Shown: positions 1-10,298 of the stretch, piece after piece
Position numbering within the stretch: the first letter of the stretch is position 1
Layout of the letters: each line of letters starts with the position of its first letter
From: Myxococcales bacterium
GTDB taxonomy: Bacteria > Myxococcota_A > UBA9042 > JABWCM01 > BTVJ01
Direction of reading: 5' to 3'
Length of the DNA: 64,000 bases
Assembly (NCBI GenBank): GCA_045863395.1
Contig: BTVJ01000001.1
Location: 224,001 to 288,000 of the forward strand
Made by a program: the position numbers and the translations under genes
Notes under the pieces: generated by a model
Told to the model about the DNA's origin: nothing
Database searches by the model: none
The model's input: the letters and a program-made list of their open reading frames with translations, nothing else

Positions 1-37
1 GGACGGGGATCGGGACGGGGATCGGGACGGGGACTGA
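1..37 (+). repeat. 12-bp tandem repeat (GACGGGGATCGG) x~3, probably the 3' tail of a + strand gene entering the window
   Basis: From position 2 reads DGDR-DGDR-DGD then TGA (35-37), converging on the stop of the giant gene at 54. Confidence 0.5.
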
Positions 38-53
38 GCGCGGGCATCGACCG

Positions 54-3000
54 TCACTCACCCGCCATGAGGACCCGGATGTTCCGCGCTCGCGCCTCCG
101 AGATGCGCGCCTGGAACCGCCGCGGCGAGAAGCCGTTGAAGGAGAGAGACGCGTTCTGGAGCTGGCCGATGTGGAGCTGCCCGATGTCGAGCATGTTCCC
201 GGCGATCTCCAGACCCTCCACCGAGGCGTTGAGCTGCTCCAGGCCGAGGTTCAGGCGCCGTGGCGTCTGACGCGGGTTCTGACCAAGGCCGAAGTAGCTC
301 AAGGAGCCGCCGACGGTCAGGCCCGCGATGCCCGGGTGGGTCTCGTCGCCGAGCCGGATCACGGCGCCGGACGAGAGCGGAATCTCGCAGGCGGTCGGCA
401 TGTCGAAGCGGCCGTCGATATTCGAGATCACCAGGTTCCAGAGCTCGAAGGCGGAGTCTCCGTCGCTCTCGGGCTCCGGCTCGTCGTCCGGGTCCGGCGG
501 GAGCACGTCGGTCTGCGACGCCATGTTCCCGAGGCGCAGACGGCTTCGGTCGTGGGCCCGCTCCCGGTCCTCGTCGTTGCGCAGGTGCCACTGGAGCAGC
601 TTGACGCTGCCGAACACGTAGTCCGCCTCCAGGTACGCCAGATTCCCGTCGGTCTCGAAGTCGATGGCCCACCCCTCGACGCCACCCAGATCGCTCTCCA
701 GGTCGGCCATGTCGATCTCCCCGTTGGTGATCGGGATGGTCACGTCCGTCTCGAAGTTGGTGATCGCGAAGACGTAGTCCAGGTGGTACGTCATGAAGAC
801 GTGGAAGTTCAGGTGCCCGTTCAGGTGGTCGAGGAAGTCCCAGGACGTGATGGAGTTTCCACTCTCTCCCTGCTCGCCGGACGACAGCGCGCCCACGTCC
901 CGGATGGTGATGTCGGCCTGCCGAATCTGCAGATCCTCGATGTCCACCTGGTCGAGGCTCGGCAGGTCGACGCCCTCGGGCAGGACCGCCTCCAGGATCT
1001 CCAGGCGGATGTTCCCGTTGTCGTAGACGACCCCGGAGATGACCGTATTGCCGCTCTCCACGCGGGTCCCGGTCTGATCGCTGGTCACGCCGATGGTGTC
1101 GACGGCGATGGAGCGGACCTGGAAGTCCGAGCCGTTGGCCCGCCCGTGCATGTTCTCCAGGGTCAGGCTGTTGACGTCGATCTGGGTCGTGCCGTCGTCG
1201 AGCTGGCCGAGCTCGATGGCGCCCGTCGAGACGTCCGTCCAGAGATTCACGCCCTCCATGGCGACGCGCAGGCCGTCCAGGTCGAACGACCCCAAGCCCG
1301 CGCGCCCCGTCATCGCCCAGGACTGACCTTCGACCAGCGGCGCAGCGATGGTATATTCGTCCATCCACAGGCGGTTGATGGTCGCGGTCTTGTCTGCCGG
1401 CAGCGTGACCGTGATGCCTTTGTCCTTGAGGCGCACCTCCAGCCCAGAGACCGTGGTCGTCGGGACGTCGACGCGGTGCACGACGATGCTGTCGAGGCCG
1501 CCCCCTTGGGCCTCGGGGCGCCGGTGGACGGTCAGGTTGGCATGCGCGCCCGTCATCTCCGCCATGCCGTTCGACAGCAGGCTCACCTTCATGGTCGGGC
1601 TCTCGAACCCGAGCGCGTGCAGGCGCAGCGCGGGGATCGAGAGATTCGGGACGGTGACCTCCGTGTCGCTGACCGTGATGTCGCCCGTGTCGACGTGCTC
1701 GACCTCCACGGAGAAGTCGGTGCCGCCCGCTTGGCCCGTCACGCTGGCCGAGAGATCCTCGATGCGGGTGACGATGCGCCCGCCCTCCTGGAACGTGACG
1801 TGGAGGTCGTGGGCCGTGAAGCTGGCATCTGCGCTGAGGCTCGATCCGACCCGCACGGCGATGTCGTTGCCGACCACGGCGGCCACGTCGATCTGCGTGC
1901 TGGTGATGGCGCCGTCTGCCCCGACCCGAATCTGCTGCGCGTCGATGTTCGTGATGGTGAGCCCCGACGACTCGTCCCGCTGGCGGACGGAGACCCGACG
2001 GTCTCCCTGCGTGTAGAGCAGCTCGTCGGCGGACACCATGCCCACGTGCAGGCCGTCCACCTGGATGGTCGTCCCCGTCGTGCCGTCCGGCTGCCGGACG
2101 TTGGTCAGCGTCGCGTCGAAGCGGGTGTCGTAGATGTCGACCCCCGCCCGGGACTGGACGCGCTTGTCTCCCGAGCGCCAGTCGAGGCCGCCGAGGTGCA
2201 GGAGGCCCAGGTCCACGTTGCGGAGCCGCGTCGTGTCTCCGTCCGTCTCCACCTGGGCGTTCAGGTCGCGGGAGCCGCCCAGGTTGACCATGGTGACGTC
2301 ACCGGCCGGGTCGCCAAAGCGCAGGGCGAGATCCTCGGTGGACATGCCCTCGATGTCGTACTGGCCGCGGCCGTCTGCGAGCATCCCGATGCCCAGGTGG
2401 GCCATGCGCAGCCCGCCGGCGGCGTGCATGGAGGCGCCGATGGTCGCGTCGAGGCCGTCGAGGCGCAGCCCGTGGACGTCCGTGTCCATGACGAGCTGGT
2501 CCTCGGTCATGCGGAAGCCGCCCATGGTGATCCGGTCGGCGCCGCCGCGGCGCACGCGGATGTCCCACCCCTTGGACGCGTCCTGGTAGCGCACCCCCGC
2601 CAGGTCCGCCCGGTTGATCACCAGCTCGGTGACCTCCACCAAGGACGGCTCGGGCTGGTAGCGCCCGCGGACGGTGATGTCGTGGCCCTCCAGGCGCTCC
2701 GTGATGTCCATGCGCTTCGGCGGCCCGTTCCAGGCCACCCGGGAGAAGTCCAGCGTCCCGATGTGGATGTCGGGGAAGGCGATGGCTCCCGTGGCGCCGT
2801 CGTAGGTGAGGCCCGCGATGTCCGTGTCGTCCAGGCGCCGGATGGTCATGCCGAGGCCCGGCCGGTCCAGGGCGATGTCCGACCCACCCAGGTCCGCCAC
2901 GTTGACCGTGTAGCTCCCGGCCGTGGCGCTCGCCACGTCGATGCGCCCCGACGAGAGGGTGCCTACCCGGGCCGTCGTGTCATCCCCCAAGCTGGCGGCG

Positions 3001-6000
3001 AGGCCCGTCAGGCTGGTGCGATCCATCGATAGATTGCGCCACGTCGTGCCCGCGGCGGCGTCGTAAGTCAGCCCGACCAGATCGATGCCATCGAGGGATC
3101 CCTCGACCAGGTCCACCTGCATCGTGGAGGTGCGCAGGTGCAGGTCCGTTCCCGCCATGCGGTTGAAGTGCAGGTGGGACACCGTGACTCTCTGGAGCTC
3201 GCGAATCAGCGCCCCGTGCTCATCCCGCGTGCCCCAGAAGGCGTCTGCGATCACGGAGACACCTTCGAGGGTCACGCTCCCGGCGTCGATGCGCTTCTCG
3301 CCGCTGACCGCGTGGACACCGGAGACCGTCAGACTCCCGACGCTGAGCTCCGTCAGGCGGAGGTGGTCTGCGTCCACCTGCTCCACCTGGCCGTCCAAGG
3401 CCCGCAGGTCGATGTCCGCGACCTCGTTCTCTCCCTGTCGGGCGCCGGTCACGTGGACCCTGCCCACCATGGGCGTCCCCTCGCGGGAGCCCTGGACGCT
3501 GAGGCCGCCGGTGGGCATCTCCCAGCCATCCTGGAAGGCGTCGCCCACCCCGGTGATGCTCAGGTGCGCGTCCTCGATGGCGATGGAGTCCGCGTGGGCG
3601 CCACCACCCCACGCGGCCAGCTCCTGCTGGCGCCGCGCGTAGACGTGGATGGCGTCCCAGTCCTCCTGGGTTCGCTCCGCCTCCGCCTTGGCCGTCGCGG
3701 TCTCCGCCGCGGCCCGAAGGCTCTCGACCTCGGCCACCAGCCGCTCATGGATGCCGATCTGCTCGCGGACGGACAGCAGCTCCCCCGCTTGCGCCGGGGA
3801 CCGCTCCGCCAGCGCCTCCAGCTCCGCGAGGCGCCCCCGCAGCCGGTCGATGCGCCCGACCTGGTTGACCTCGGTCAGCGTCGCGCTCGTGGCGTCCACC
3901 GTGACGCGCCCGCCGTTGGCGCCGGTGTACCCGACGCCCAAGCCCGTCCCCTCGATGCGGTCCACCTCCATGCCGCCGGCCCGCACGCCGGTCAGGCTGC
4001 CGCTCTGCGCCGTGAAGCTGCCGCCGTGGTTCTGCATGTCCACGCCCATGGTCGCGCCTTGCAGATCCAGAGTGTCCGCGTGGAAGGACGCGTCGGCCCG
4101 GAGCAGCGCCAGGAGCTGCTGGTACTCGCCCTGCTCCTCCGTCGTGAGCTGCCCGAAGCGCCCCCGCAGGGCCGCGAGCCGCTCCACGTGCGGGCGCAGC
4201 GCGGCGAGCTCCCGCTCCTTGCCCTCCAGCTCCGCCCGCTGGTCCTCGTTGAGGGGCTGCTGCTGGCGCAGGCGCGTGATCTGCTCCTCCAACGCCTCGT
4301 GGCGGAGCTGCGTCGACGTGTAGCCCAGGTTGCGCCCCGTGATGGTGTCCGCGGTCACCGCCAGGGTCGCGGTCTGCGAGAGGCCCGGCTCCGTCGAGCC
4401 CGCAAGGCGCGCGTCGTGGTGCAGCGCCCCGCGGTCCGTGAGCTGGGCGTCGACCATGCCCCGCGCCCCAGGCAGCTCTCCGGTGATGCCGATGCCCGTC
4501 ACGTCGAGGGAGTCGGCGCTCACCCCCATCATGTTGGCGTCGCGGACGTGCAGGCCGCCCTCGATGCGCCCGTCCACCGCGACGGTCTGGAGCTGCGTCG
4601 TCAGCGTGTCGAGCTCCGTCTGCTCGTCCGCGTTGAGCGCTCCTTCTCCAGCACGGCGCTGCAGGTCCAGCAGCCGCGCCTCCCGCTGCTGCCAGAGCGC
4701 CAGCTCCTGCTCCAGGGCCGCGATGCGGTCGCGCTGCTCCTGGGTGGGGCGAGGCACTCGGCGCGCCTCGTCGAGCCGCCGCCGCACGTCCGCCTCCCGG
4801 TCGAGGGCGACGCGCACGTCGACGCCCTCCAGGCTGGCGCTGCCCACGTGGCCACCCCGGCTGTCCACCACGTCGGTGACCGCGATGGACCCCACCTGAA
4901 GGCGCAGGTTGAAGTCCTCGGAGAAGGCGGCGCGCAGGTGGTCGACCAGCGCCCCGAAGTCGCGGGTCCAGTCGCCGAAGAAGAAGCCGAGGGTGCCGAT
5001 CTTCCCGATGAACTCGAAGACGCGGCCGATGCCCTTCATCGCGTCTTCGAAGGCCGAGTCGCCCGCCAGCACCGGCGGCGCCCCGTCCCGCTGGCCAGAG
5101 ATGTCGAAGCCCGTCATCGTCAGGCTGCCGATGCCGATCATCCGGTCCGGGAAGACCAGCATCAGGTCGTTGATCACGAGGTTGTCGAGGCGCACGTGGA
5201 GCCGCGTGTCGGGGTCCACGTCGGTCGCGTACTTGGTCTCGAGGAGCACCCCTTCGACCGTGCAGGGCCCCGTGCGGATGGTCAGCGTGTCGACGAGCAT
5301 GTTGACGCTCTCGACGGGCAGGCTGGATGCCACCACCCGCACGAGGCCGCGCTCCTCGTCCACGTTGACGTCCAGCTCACCCGTGTCCTGCTGCCCCTCC
5401 TCGTCCTCCCGCTCCTCGCCGCCGGCGAAGCGCACTCCGCTGATGTGGCCCCCGAAGGCCTGCTGGAGCTCGTCCATCTCCAGCCCGCGCAGGTTCATGC
5501 TGTCCTGGAACCCGAGGACGTACCCGACGGTGCCCCCCTCGCCGCCCTCCGCACGCCCCAGCGCGTCGATGCCCTGCCCGATGGTGGTCAGGGTGTTGTG
5601 GTCCGTGCGGTCGACCACCGCCTCGTCGATGACCCCCGCGGGCCCGTACCCCATGCGGGCGAAGAGCTCCCCGTGGGCCGGCGAGTCGTTCCAGTGCTCG
5701 GCGATGCGTGGGTGCGCCTGCTGCATGAGGCCCGCCTGGGCGATCATGTGCAGCACCATGCGCAGGCGCCCGAGCGGGTCGGACCCGGTCGCAGGCCGCC
5801 AGAGGGCCGGGTCGAGGAGCTGGCCGAGCAGGTGGGTGGTGTCGCCGGACTCCTCCCCGTCGTACATGCCGAACTCGCGAGAGTCCCGCAGCTCCTGCGA
5901 CACGTTCTCGTCCATGCGCTGGTACCAGGTGGGGTCCTGGTCGATGAACTCGCGACGCATCCCTTCCGGGAGGGCGCGGATGCACTCGAAGGCGAGCCGC

Positions 6001-7958
6001 GCCTCGACGGCGGTGATCTCCCAGTCGAAGACACCGTAGGACATCAGGTCGCGCACCTGCTGCATGTTTCGCACGGGGTCCCGGTGGCGCAGGACGCGCA
6101 GCGTCATCACCCGGCGCTCCGCCCCCCACCGGGACTGCCCGAGCCGGTCGAGCAGGGTCTCGACGAGCCCCTGGCGGTCGAGATCCCGCGTCCAGGCGCG
6201 GCAGACGGGGCCGCCCTCGGCCCCGCCGGCGTGGTACAGGTCGCGGAGCACCCCGGCCATCTCCGCCTGGTTCGCCCGCCGGATGCGCTCCGCCACCTCG
6301 TCGAGCTGCTGCCGCGTCGACTGGAGGGTCGCCTGATCCTGGGCCCGCTCGGCCCGCTGCTCTTCGGTGGTCCCGCGCCCGGGCTCGCCGTCGACGAGCC
6401 CGTAGCCCCCCTCGTGGAAGTCGTGCTCCTCGCCGCGCATGACGCCGAGGCGCAGATTCTCCTCCATGCGCAGGAACCACCGGTTGCCGTCGCGCATGCG
6501 AAACGCATGCTGCGCGGTCTCGGGCAGGCCCCGGATCAGGTGGTAGGCCAGGATGGCCTCCGCGTCCGTGATCGCCCAGTCGAAGAGCCCATAGTCCAGG
6601 AGCTGCATGGCGTGCTGGATGCACATCTCCGGTGGGCGCGCCTGCAGGATGCGCAGGAAGGTCGCCACGTTGCCCGGCGCGTAGGCGACCTCGTTCGGCA
6701 GGTTGTCCACCCACCGCTGCATGAGGTTTCCGTCCCTGTGACCCTCCAGCCCGCGGACGACCGCGCGCAACTGCGCCGCGTCCCCCGCCATGGGGCGCAG
6801 CATCTCGAAGACCTGGGTGGCGTCCGAGTCGGTGACCGCCCAGTCGTCCCAGGCGCGGCGGAGCTGGCGGGCGATGCGCTCGATCGGGCCCTGGACCTGG
6901 GCCTGGAGCTCCTGCTCCTGCGTCGCCTCACCCCTCCGGGCCGCGTCCTGGCGCCGCAGCCGCTCCTCGGTCTGTGCGTTGACGCCACCTTGGAGCGTCG
7001 CCTGGGCCCCCGACGGCAGCGCGCGCCGCCACGCCCGGTAGGACTCGCCGCCGTCGTGGGCCTGGAAGCGCTCCAGCGACGCACGCGGGAGCCCCTGGAC
7101 CATGTAGAGGACCATCAGGGCCTCGTCCGTGGTGACCCGCGTCCAGAAGCCGCCGCCGGTCATGTCGAGGACGCGCGTCAGGCGCTCGGCGGGGGGCAGC
7201 GCCTGGCAGGTGGCGATCATCTCCCGCGGGTGCGCCTGGAAGTGCTCGGGCTCCAGGTTGTCGAGCAGGTCGTCGAGCCAGCCCCTCCCGATGAGGGACC
7301 ACGCCCGCGTGATGGTCTCGGAGGGCCAGTGGGACAGGATGTTCAGCACGTTGTGCACGTCCTGGTCGGACGTGTGGCCGCGCAGGCACTGCACCACGCG
7401 GGCGATCTCGGGCCCGTAGGCGGCGCGGATGGAGTCGAGCTCCTGCTGCTCGGTGCGCCCCGCGGCCCGGTCCTGGGCGGTGTCGCCGGCGTCGAAGTGG
7501 ATGGCCGGCCCCTCGTGCCGGTGCTGTCGCACATGGGCCAGCTCGTGGGCGAGCAGCCCGAGCCCCACGCCCGCGGCCTCGTCGATGGCCCCCGGACGCG
7601 CCACGACGGTCAGGCCCACGGCGGCGGCCTCGGCGCCCCCCGCCGCGAACACGACCGGGAAGTCCTCGGACAGGCGCACCCCGTGCAGGTCGCGGAAGGC
7701 CGCGAGGTCCGGCGCGTCGAGGCGCACCTGGCGCGAGGAGGACGTCCCCGCGAGGTGGGCCTCGATGCGAAGCACGTCCTCGGGCGACACGACACCGGCG
7801 CTCACCCCCCCGTGCAGCGCGGCGTCCAGGGCCGCCCGGTCCCCTGCCGCCGCCTCCAGGGAGCGGAGCACGGCCTGCGGCGAGGCCGGGGCCTTGTCGC
7901 GGGAGTCGCGGGTGTCACGGGTGTCGTCACGCCGTCGGGCGAGCGCCTGCTCAGTCAT
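54..7958 (-). CDS. Giant (2634 aa) protein: N-terminal DUF4157/eCIS-core-like domain, helical repeats, then a long beta-rich region with coiled-coil inserts
   Basis: ATG at 7958 preceded by AGGAGG; DLHGVRLS...AEAAAVG...LLAHELAHVRQ matches the DUF4157 pattern; natural composition whereas overlapping frames are Arg/Pro shadows. Confidence 0.8.
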   Translation of the reverse strand: MTEQALARRRDDTRDTRDSRDKAPASPQAVLRSLEAAAGDRAALDAALHGGVSAGVVSPEDVLRIEAHLAGTSSSRQVRLDAPDLAAFRDLHGVRLSEDFPVVFAAGGAEAAAVGLTVVARPGAIDEAAGVGLGLLAHELAHVRQHRHEGPAIHFDAGDTAQDRAAGRTEQQELDSIRAAYGPEIARVVQCLRGHTSDQDVHNVLNILSHWPSETITRAWSLIGRGWLDDLLDNLEPEHFQAHPREMIATCQALPPAERLTRVLDMTGGGFWTRVTTDEALMVLYMVQGLPRASLERFQAHDGGESYRAWRRALPSGAQATLQGGVNAQTEERLRRQDAARRGEATQEQELQAQVQGPIERIARQLRRAWDDWAVTDSDATQVFEMLRPMAGDAAQLRAVVRGLEGHRDGNLMQRWVDNLPNEVAYAPGNVATFLRILQARPPEMCIQHAMQLLDYGLFDWAITDAEAILAYHLIRGLPETAQHAFRMRDGNRWFLRMEENLRLGVMRGEEHDFHEGGYGLVDGEPGRGTTEEQRAERAQDQATLQSTRQQLDEVAERIRRANQAEMAGVLRDLYHAGGAEGGPVCRAWTRDLDRQGLVETLLDRLGQSRWGAERRVMTLRVLRHRDPVRNMQQVRDLMSYGVFDWEITAVEARLAFECIRALPEGMRREFIDQDPTWYQRMDENVSQELRDSREFGMYDGEESGDTTHLLGQLLDPALWRPATGSDPLGRLRMVLHMIAQAGLMQQAHPRIAEHWNDSPAHGELFARMGYGPAGVIDEAVVDRTDHNTLTTIGQGIDALGRAEGGEGGTVGYVLGFQDSMNLRGLEMDELQQAFGGHISGVRFAGGEEREDEEGQQDTGELDVNVDEERGLVRVVASSLPVESVNMLVDTLTIRTGPCTVEGVLLETKYATDVDPDTRLHVRLDNLVINDLMLVFPDRMIGIGSLTMTGFDISGQRDGAPPVLAGDSAFEDAMKGIGRVFEFIGKIGTLGFFFGDWTRDFGALVDHLRAAFSEDFNLRLQVGSIAVTDVVDSRGGHVGSASLEGVDVRVALDREADVRRRLDEARRVPRPTQEQRDRIAALEQELALWQQREARLLDLQRRAGEGALNADEQTELDTLTTQLQTVAVDGRIEGGLHVRDANMMGVSADSLDVTGIGITGELPGARGMVDAQLTDRGALHHDARLAGSTEPGLSQTATLAVTADTITGRNLGYTSTQLRHEALEEQITRLRQQQPLNEDQRAELEGKERELAALRPHVERLAALRGRFGQLTTEEQGEYQQLLALLRADASFHADTLDLQGATMGVDMQNHGGSFTAQSGSLTGVRAGGMEVDRIEGTGLGVGYTGANGGRVTVDATSATLTEVNQVGRIDRLRGRLAELEALAERSPAQAGELLSVREQIGIHERLVAEVESLRAAAETATAKAEAERTQEDWDAIHVYARRQQELAAWGGGAHADSIAIEDAHLSITGVGDAFQDGWEMPTGGLSVQGSREGTPMVGRVHVTGARQGENEVADIDLRALDGQVEQVDADHLRLTELSVGSLTVSGVHAVSGEKRIDAGSVTLEGVSVIADAFWGTRDEHGALIRELQRVTVSHLHFNRMAGTDLHLRTSTMQVDLVEGSLDGIDLVGLTYDAAAGTTWRNLSMDRTSLTGLAASLGDDTTARVGTLSSGRIDVASATAGSYTVNVADLGGSDIALDRPGLGMTIRRLDDTDIAGLTYDGATGAIAFPDIHIGTLDFSRVAWNGPPKRMDITERLEGHDITVRGRYQPEPSLVEVTELVINRADLAGVRYQDASKGWDIRVRRGGADRITMGGFRMTEDQLVMDTDVHGLRLDGLDATIGASMHAAGGLRMAHLGIGMLADGRGQYDIEGMSTEDLALRFGDPAGDVTMVNLGGSRDLNAQVETDGDTTRLRNVDLGLLHLGGLDWRSGDKRVQSRAGVDIYDTRFDATLTNVRQPDGTTGTTIQVDGLHVGMVSADELLYTQGDRRVSVRQRDESSGLTITNIDAQQIRVGADGAITSTQIDVAAVVGNDIAVRVGSSLSADASFTAHDLHVTFQEGGRIVTRIEDLSASVTGQAGGTDFSVEVEHVDTGDITVSDTEVTVPNLSIPALRLHALGFESPTMKVSLLSNGMAEMTGAHANLTVHRRPEAQGGGLDSIVVHRVDVPTTTVSGLEVRLKDKGITVTLPADKTATINRLWMDEYTIAAPLVEGQSWAMTGRAGLGSFDLDGLRVAMEGVNLWTDVSTGAIELGQLDDGTTQIDVNSLTLENMHGRANGSDFQVRSIAVDTIGVTSDQTGTRVESGNTVISGVVYDNGNIRLEILEAVLPEGVDLPSLDQVDIEDLQIRQADITIRDVGALSSGEQGESGNSITSWDFLDHLNGHLNFHVFMTYHLDYVFAITNFETDVTIPITNGEIDMADLESDLGGVEGWAIDFETDGNLAYLEADYVFGSVKLLQWHLRNDEDRERAHDRSRLRLGNMASQTDVLPPDPDDEPEPESDGDSAFELWNLVISNIDGRFDMPTACEIPLSSGAVIRLGDETHPGIAGLTVGGSLSYFGLGQNPRQTPRRLNLGLEQLNASVEGLEIAGNMLDIGQLHIGQLQNASLSFNGFSPRRFQARISEARARNIRVLMAGE

Positions 7959-8280
7959 GGTGGGGTGCCTCCTGCCTGCGCCCACTGTACGGCGGGTGGG
8001 GGCGTGAGCGCAATTCCGAGGTGCCACGAAGGCCTGCGACTGCGGGGGCCTGCCGGGCGCCTGCCCTCCGAGGCCGACGGACGTTCGTGGCGGCCCGTAC
8101 CAGCCCACGGTTGCGCACTCAAGGCATGCTGTGGCACAACGGCCCCAGCCTCTGAGGGCTCGGCCCCACGGGCGACGAGGGGGCCCTCGTCGCAGGCTCT
8201 ACGCAGCGAGGCGTTGGTGCCGGACTTCGCGTCGCAGCGCTCGCATACGATGAGCGCACTCGTTGTCGGAGTGTCACATC

Positions 8281-9510
8281 GTGATCCGCACCATCGAGGC
8301 ATCCAACTTCCGCATGATGCGCGCCAATCGCGTGTCGCTTGGCCGCTTTCACGTCCTCGTGGGTCCGAACGCGTCGGGGAAGACCACGTTCCTCGACGCG
8401 CTTCAGTTCGTGTCCGACGTGGTCGAGCGTGGCGTGCGACAGGCGGTCGCGGACCGGTCGCCAAACTTCCACGACCTGTGCTTCACACCCGAGCGACCCA
8501 TCGGCATGGCGGTGGAGCTGGACGTACCGTCCGGCAGCGAGGGCAGAGCGGTGCTGCGCCACGAGATCGAGGTCGGCATCGTCGATGACCGTGGGCTGCG
8601 CGTGCTGCGGGAGAACTTGTTCGTGCGGCCCGAAGCCGATGACGGCGGCCACCAGCGCAGCTTGTTCGGCGACTACGCGACAGAGCAGGTCGTCAAGTCC
8701 AGCACACCTCGCCGCTGGCGAAAGGTCGTGGGCAAGACTCCAGAGGGTCGGGACTACTTCCAGGACGAGAAGACGAGCTGGAACAACGTGTTTCGCTTCG
8801 GTGACGACCGGTCTGCCGTCGGGAGCATGCCCGAGGACCCGGACCGGTTCCCGCTGGCCCTAGCCGCGCGCAGGGTGCTCCGCGAAGGGGTCCGGCGGCT
8901 GGCGCTCGACCCGCGGCGGCTCGCCGCCACTGCACCGCCTGGCGGGCGACCCGTTCTTGGCCTGGACGGCTCCAACCTCCCCTACGTCGTGCGCGACCTT
9001 CGGGACCGGGATCCGCGCCTCTTCCAAGACTGGGTCCGCCATGTGTCGTCGGCCGTGGGGGGGCTGAAGGACGTCGATGTTCTCGTTCGTGACGACGACC
9101 GGCACCTGGTCCTGCGCGCCCAGTTCGAAGGGTCGCACGAACAGCCTGTGCCCTCCTGGCTCCTCTCGGACGGGACCCTTCGGCTGATGGCGCTGACCGT
9201 GCTCAGCTACGCATCGACGGCCGAGCGGGAGGAGGCCTACCTCGTGGAGGAGCCCGAGAACGGGCTTCATCCGCTGGCCATCCAGGCGGCCTTCTCCGCG
9301 ATCTCCTCTCCGCTGTCGGGGCACCAGTGGCTCTGTGCTACTCACTCTCCCGTCTTCCTGGCGCACGTCGGTCTGGACGACGTGCTGGTCTTTCGCCGCG
9401 ACAGGCAGGGCTACAGCATCGTTCGGCACGGGGATGAGGTCCCGGAGCTTGCCGGGTGGACAACCCGCCGAAACCTGTCCGACCTCTTGGTCGCTGGGGT
9501 GCTCTCGTGA
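8281..9510 (+). CDS. ABC-type AAA ATPase (AAA_21 / MAD3-like)
   Basis: Walker A GPNASGKT, signature LSDGTLR, Walker B/D-loop LVEEPENGLHP, H-loop ATHSP; GTG start inferred. Confidence 0.85.
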   Translation: MIRTIEASNFRMMRANRVSLGRFHVLVGPNASGKTTFLDALQFVSDVVERGVRQAVADRSPNFHDLCFTPERPIGMAVELDVPSGSEGRAVLRHEIEVGIVDDRGLRVLRENLFVRPEADDGGHQRSLFGDYATEQVVKSSTPRRWRKVVGKTPEGRDYFQDEKTSWNNVFRFGDDRSAVGSMPEDPDRFPLALAARRVLREGVRRLALDPRRLAATAPPGGRPVLGLDGSNLPYVVRDLRDRDPRLFQDWVRHVSSAVGGLKDVDVLVRDDDRHLVLRAQFEGSHEQPVPSWLLSDGTLRLMALTVLSYASTAEREEAYLVEEPENGLHPLAIQAAFSAISSPLSGHQWLCATHSPVFLAHVGLDDVLVFRRDRQGYSIVRHGDEVPELAGWTTRRNLSDLLVAGVLS

Positions 9511-10226
9511 TCGTGGACGAGCCACCCTTCGAGCTCGCCGTCGTCTTCGCGGACGCCGACGCACAGGCGTTGGTGTCCCGACTCATCGAGCGCGGCCAGC
9601 AGCGAGGGTGCCTGCGCCCGTTCCGGTGGCTGAGCAGACGCGACGCGATGCGAGACTCTTTCGTGACGCGCCCCCGAGACGTGGTGGAGCTGCTGGTGGA
9701 TCGACGAGCGACGCCGAGGCCACGCGTGATGCTGCTCTGGGATCACGCCGGTTCAGGGAGGGAGGGCGATGCCCCCGAAGTCGTCGAGGCCGAGATGAGG
9801 AGCGCGCTAGGCGCACTGGTTCAACCGTCCGAACTCTGCATCGCCGCATTCGTTCCCGAGGTCGAGGTCTGTCTGATCCCTGTGTGGGCACGTGTGAAGC
9901 AGGTCATGGCACAGCACCGTGATCGACTGCCTCCAGACGACAGCGCCGTTCTCCGCGCGGCGGTGCGGCTTCAGCGACGGGAGCGCCGGCCCAAGCCACT
10001 CGCAGCGGACTTCGACGTGGCTGCGCGGGAGTCTCCCAAGGAGATCTTCGAGGGGCTCCTGGCGGACTTGAACCTGCGGTCCGGGTCACGACACTTCGAG
10101 GATCTGGCAAACGCCCTGTCCATTCCAGCGCTGAAGCAGGACACCGCTCTCGGGAGAGTCGCCGAGGCCCTCGTCCGCTGGTTTCCCGGCGATGCTGGTG
10201 CCTTGACGCCCGGGGAGCGTTCCTGA
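9507..10226 (+). CDS. ATPase partner protein, MAD4/DUF4276-like (TOPRIM-related)
   Basis: GTGA overlap with ATPase stop; motifs LAVVFAD, LLWDHAGSGRE, PEVEVCL, PKE. Confidence 0.6.
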   Translation: MIVDEPPFELAVVFADADAQALVSRLIERGQQRGCLRPFRWLSRRDAMRDSFVTRPRDVVELLVDRRATPRPRVMLLWDHAGSGREGDAPEVVEAEMRSALGALVQPSELCIAAFVPEVEVCLIPVWARVKQVMAQHRDRLPPDDSAVLRAAVRLQRRERRPKPLAADFDVAARESPKEIFEGLLADLNLRSGSRHFEDLANALSIPALKQDTALGRVAEALVRWFPGDAGALTPGERS

Positions 10227-10254
10227 CCCGAGGGGCGGGCCCTCAGAGGACGCC

Positions 10255-10290
10255 GTCCTCATCCGGCAGCACGGCTGCCCGGATGAGGAC
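10255..10290. terminator. Hairpin between convergent genes (probable bidirectional terminator)
   Basis: GTCCTCATCCGGCAGC-acg-GCTGCCCGGATGAGGAC inverted repeat with one bulge. Confidence 0.6.
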
Positions 10291-10298
10291 ACACGCGC

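Noticed and set aside
7959..8108. N-terminal extension of the giant ORF given in the ORF track
   Set aside because: The strong RBS precedes ATG 7958. Similar over-extensions were trimmed for the kinase, acs, GT2, MNIO and others
171..8588. Long + strand ORFs (171-3032, 3138-8588)
   Set aside because: Antisense shadows of the giant gene, typical of high-GC DNA, with no recognisable motifs
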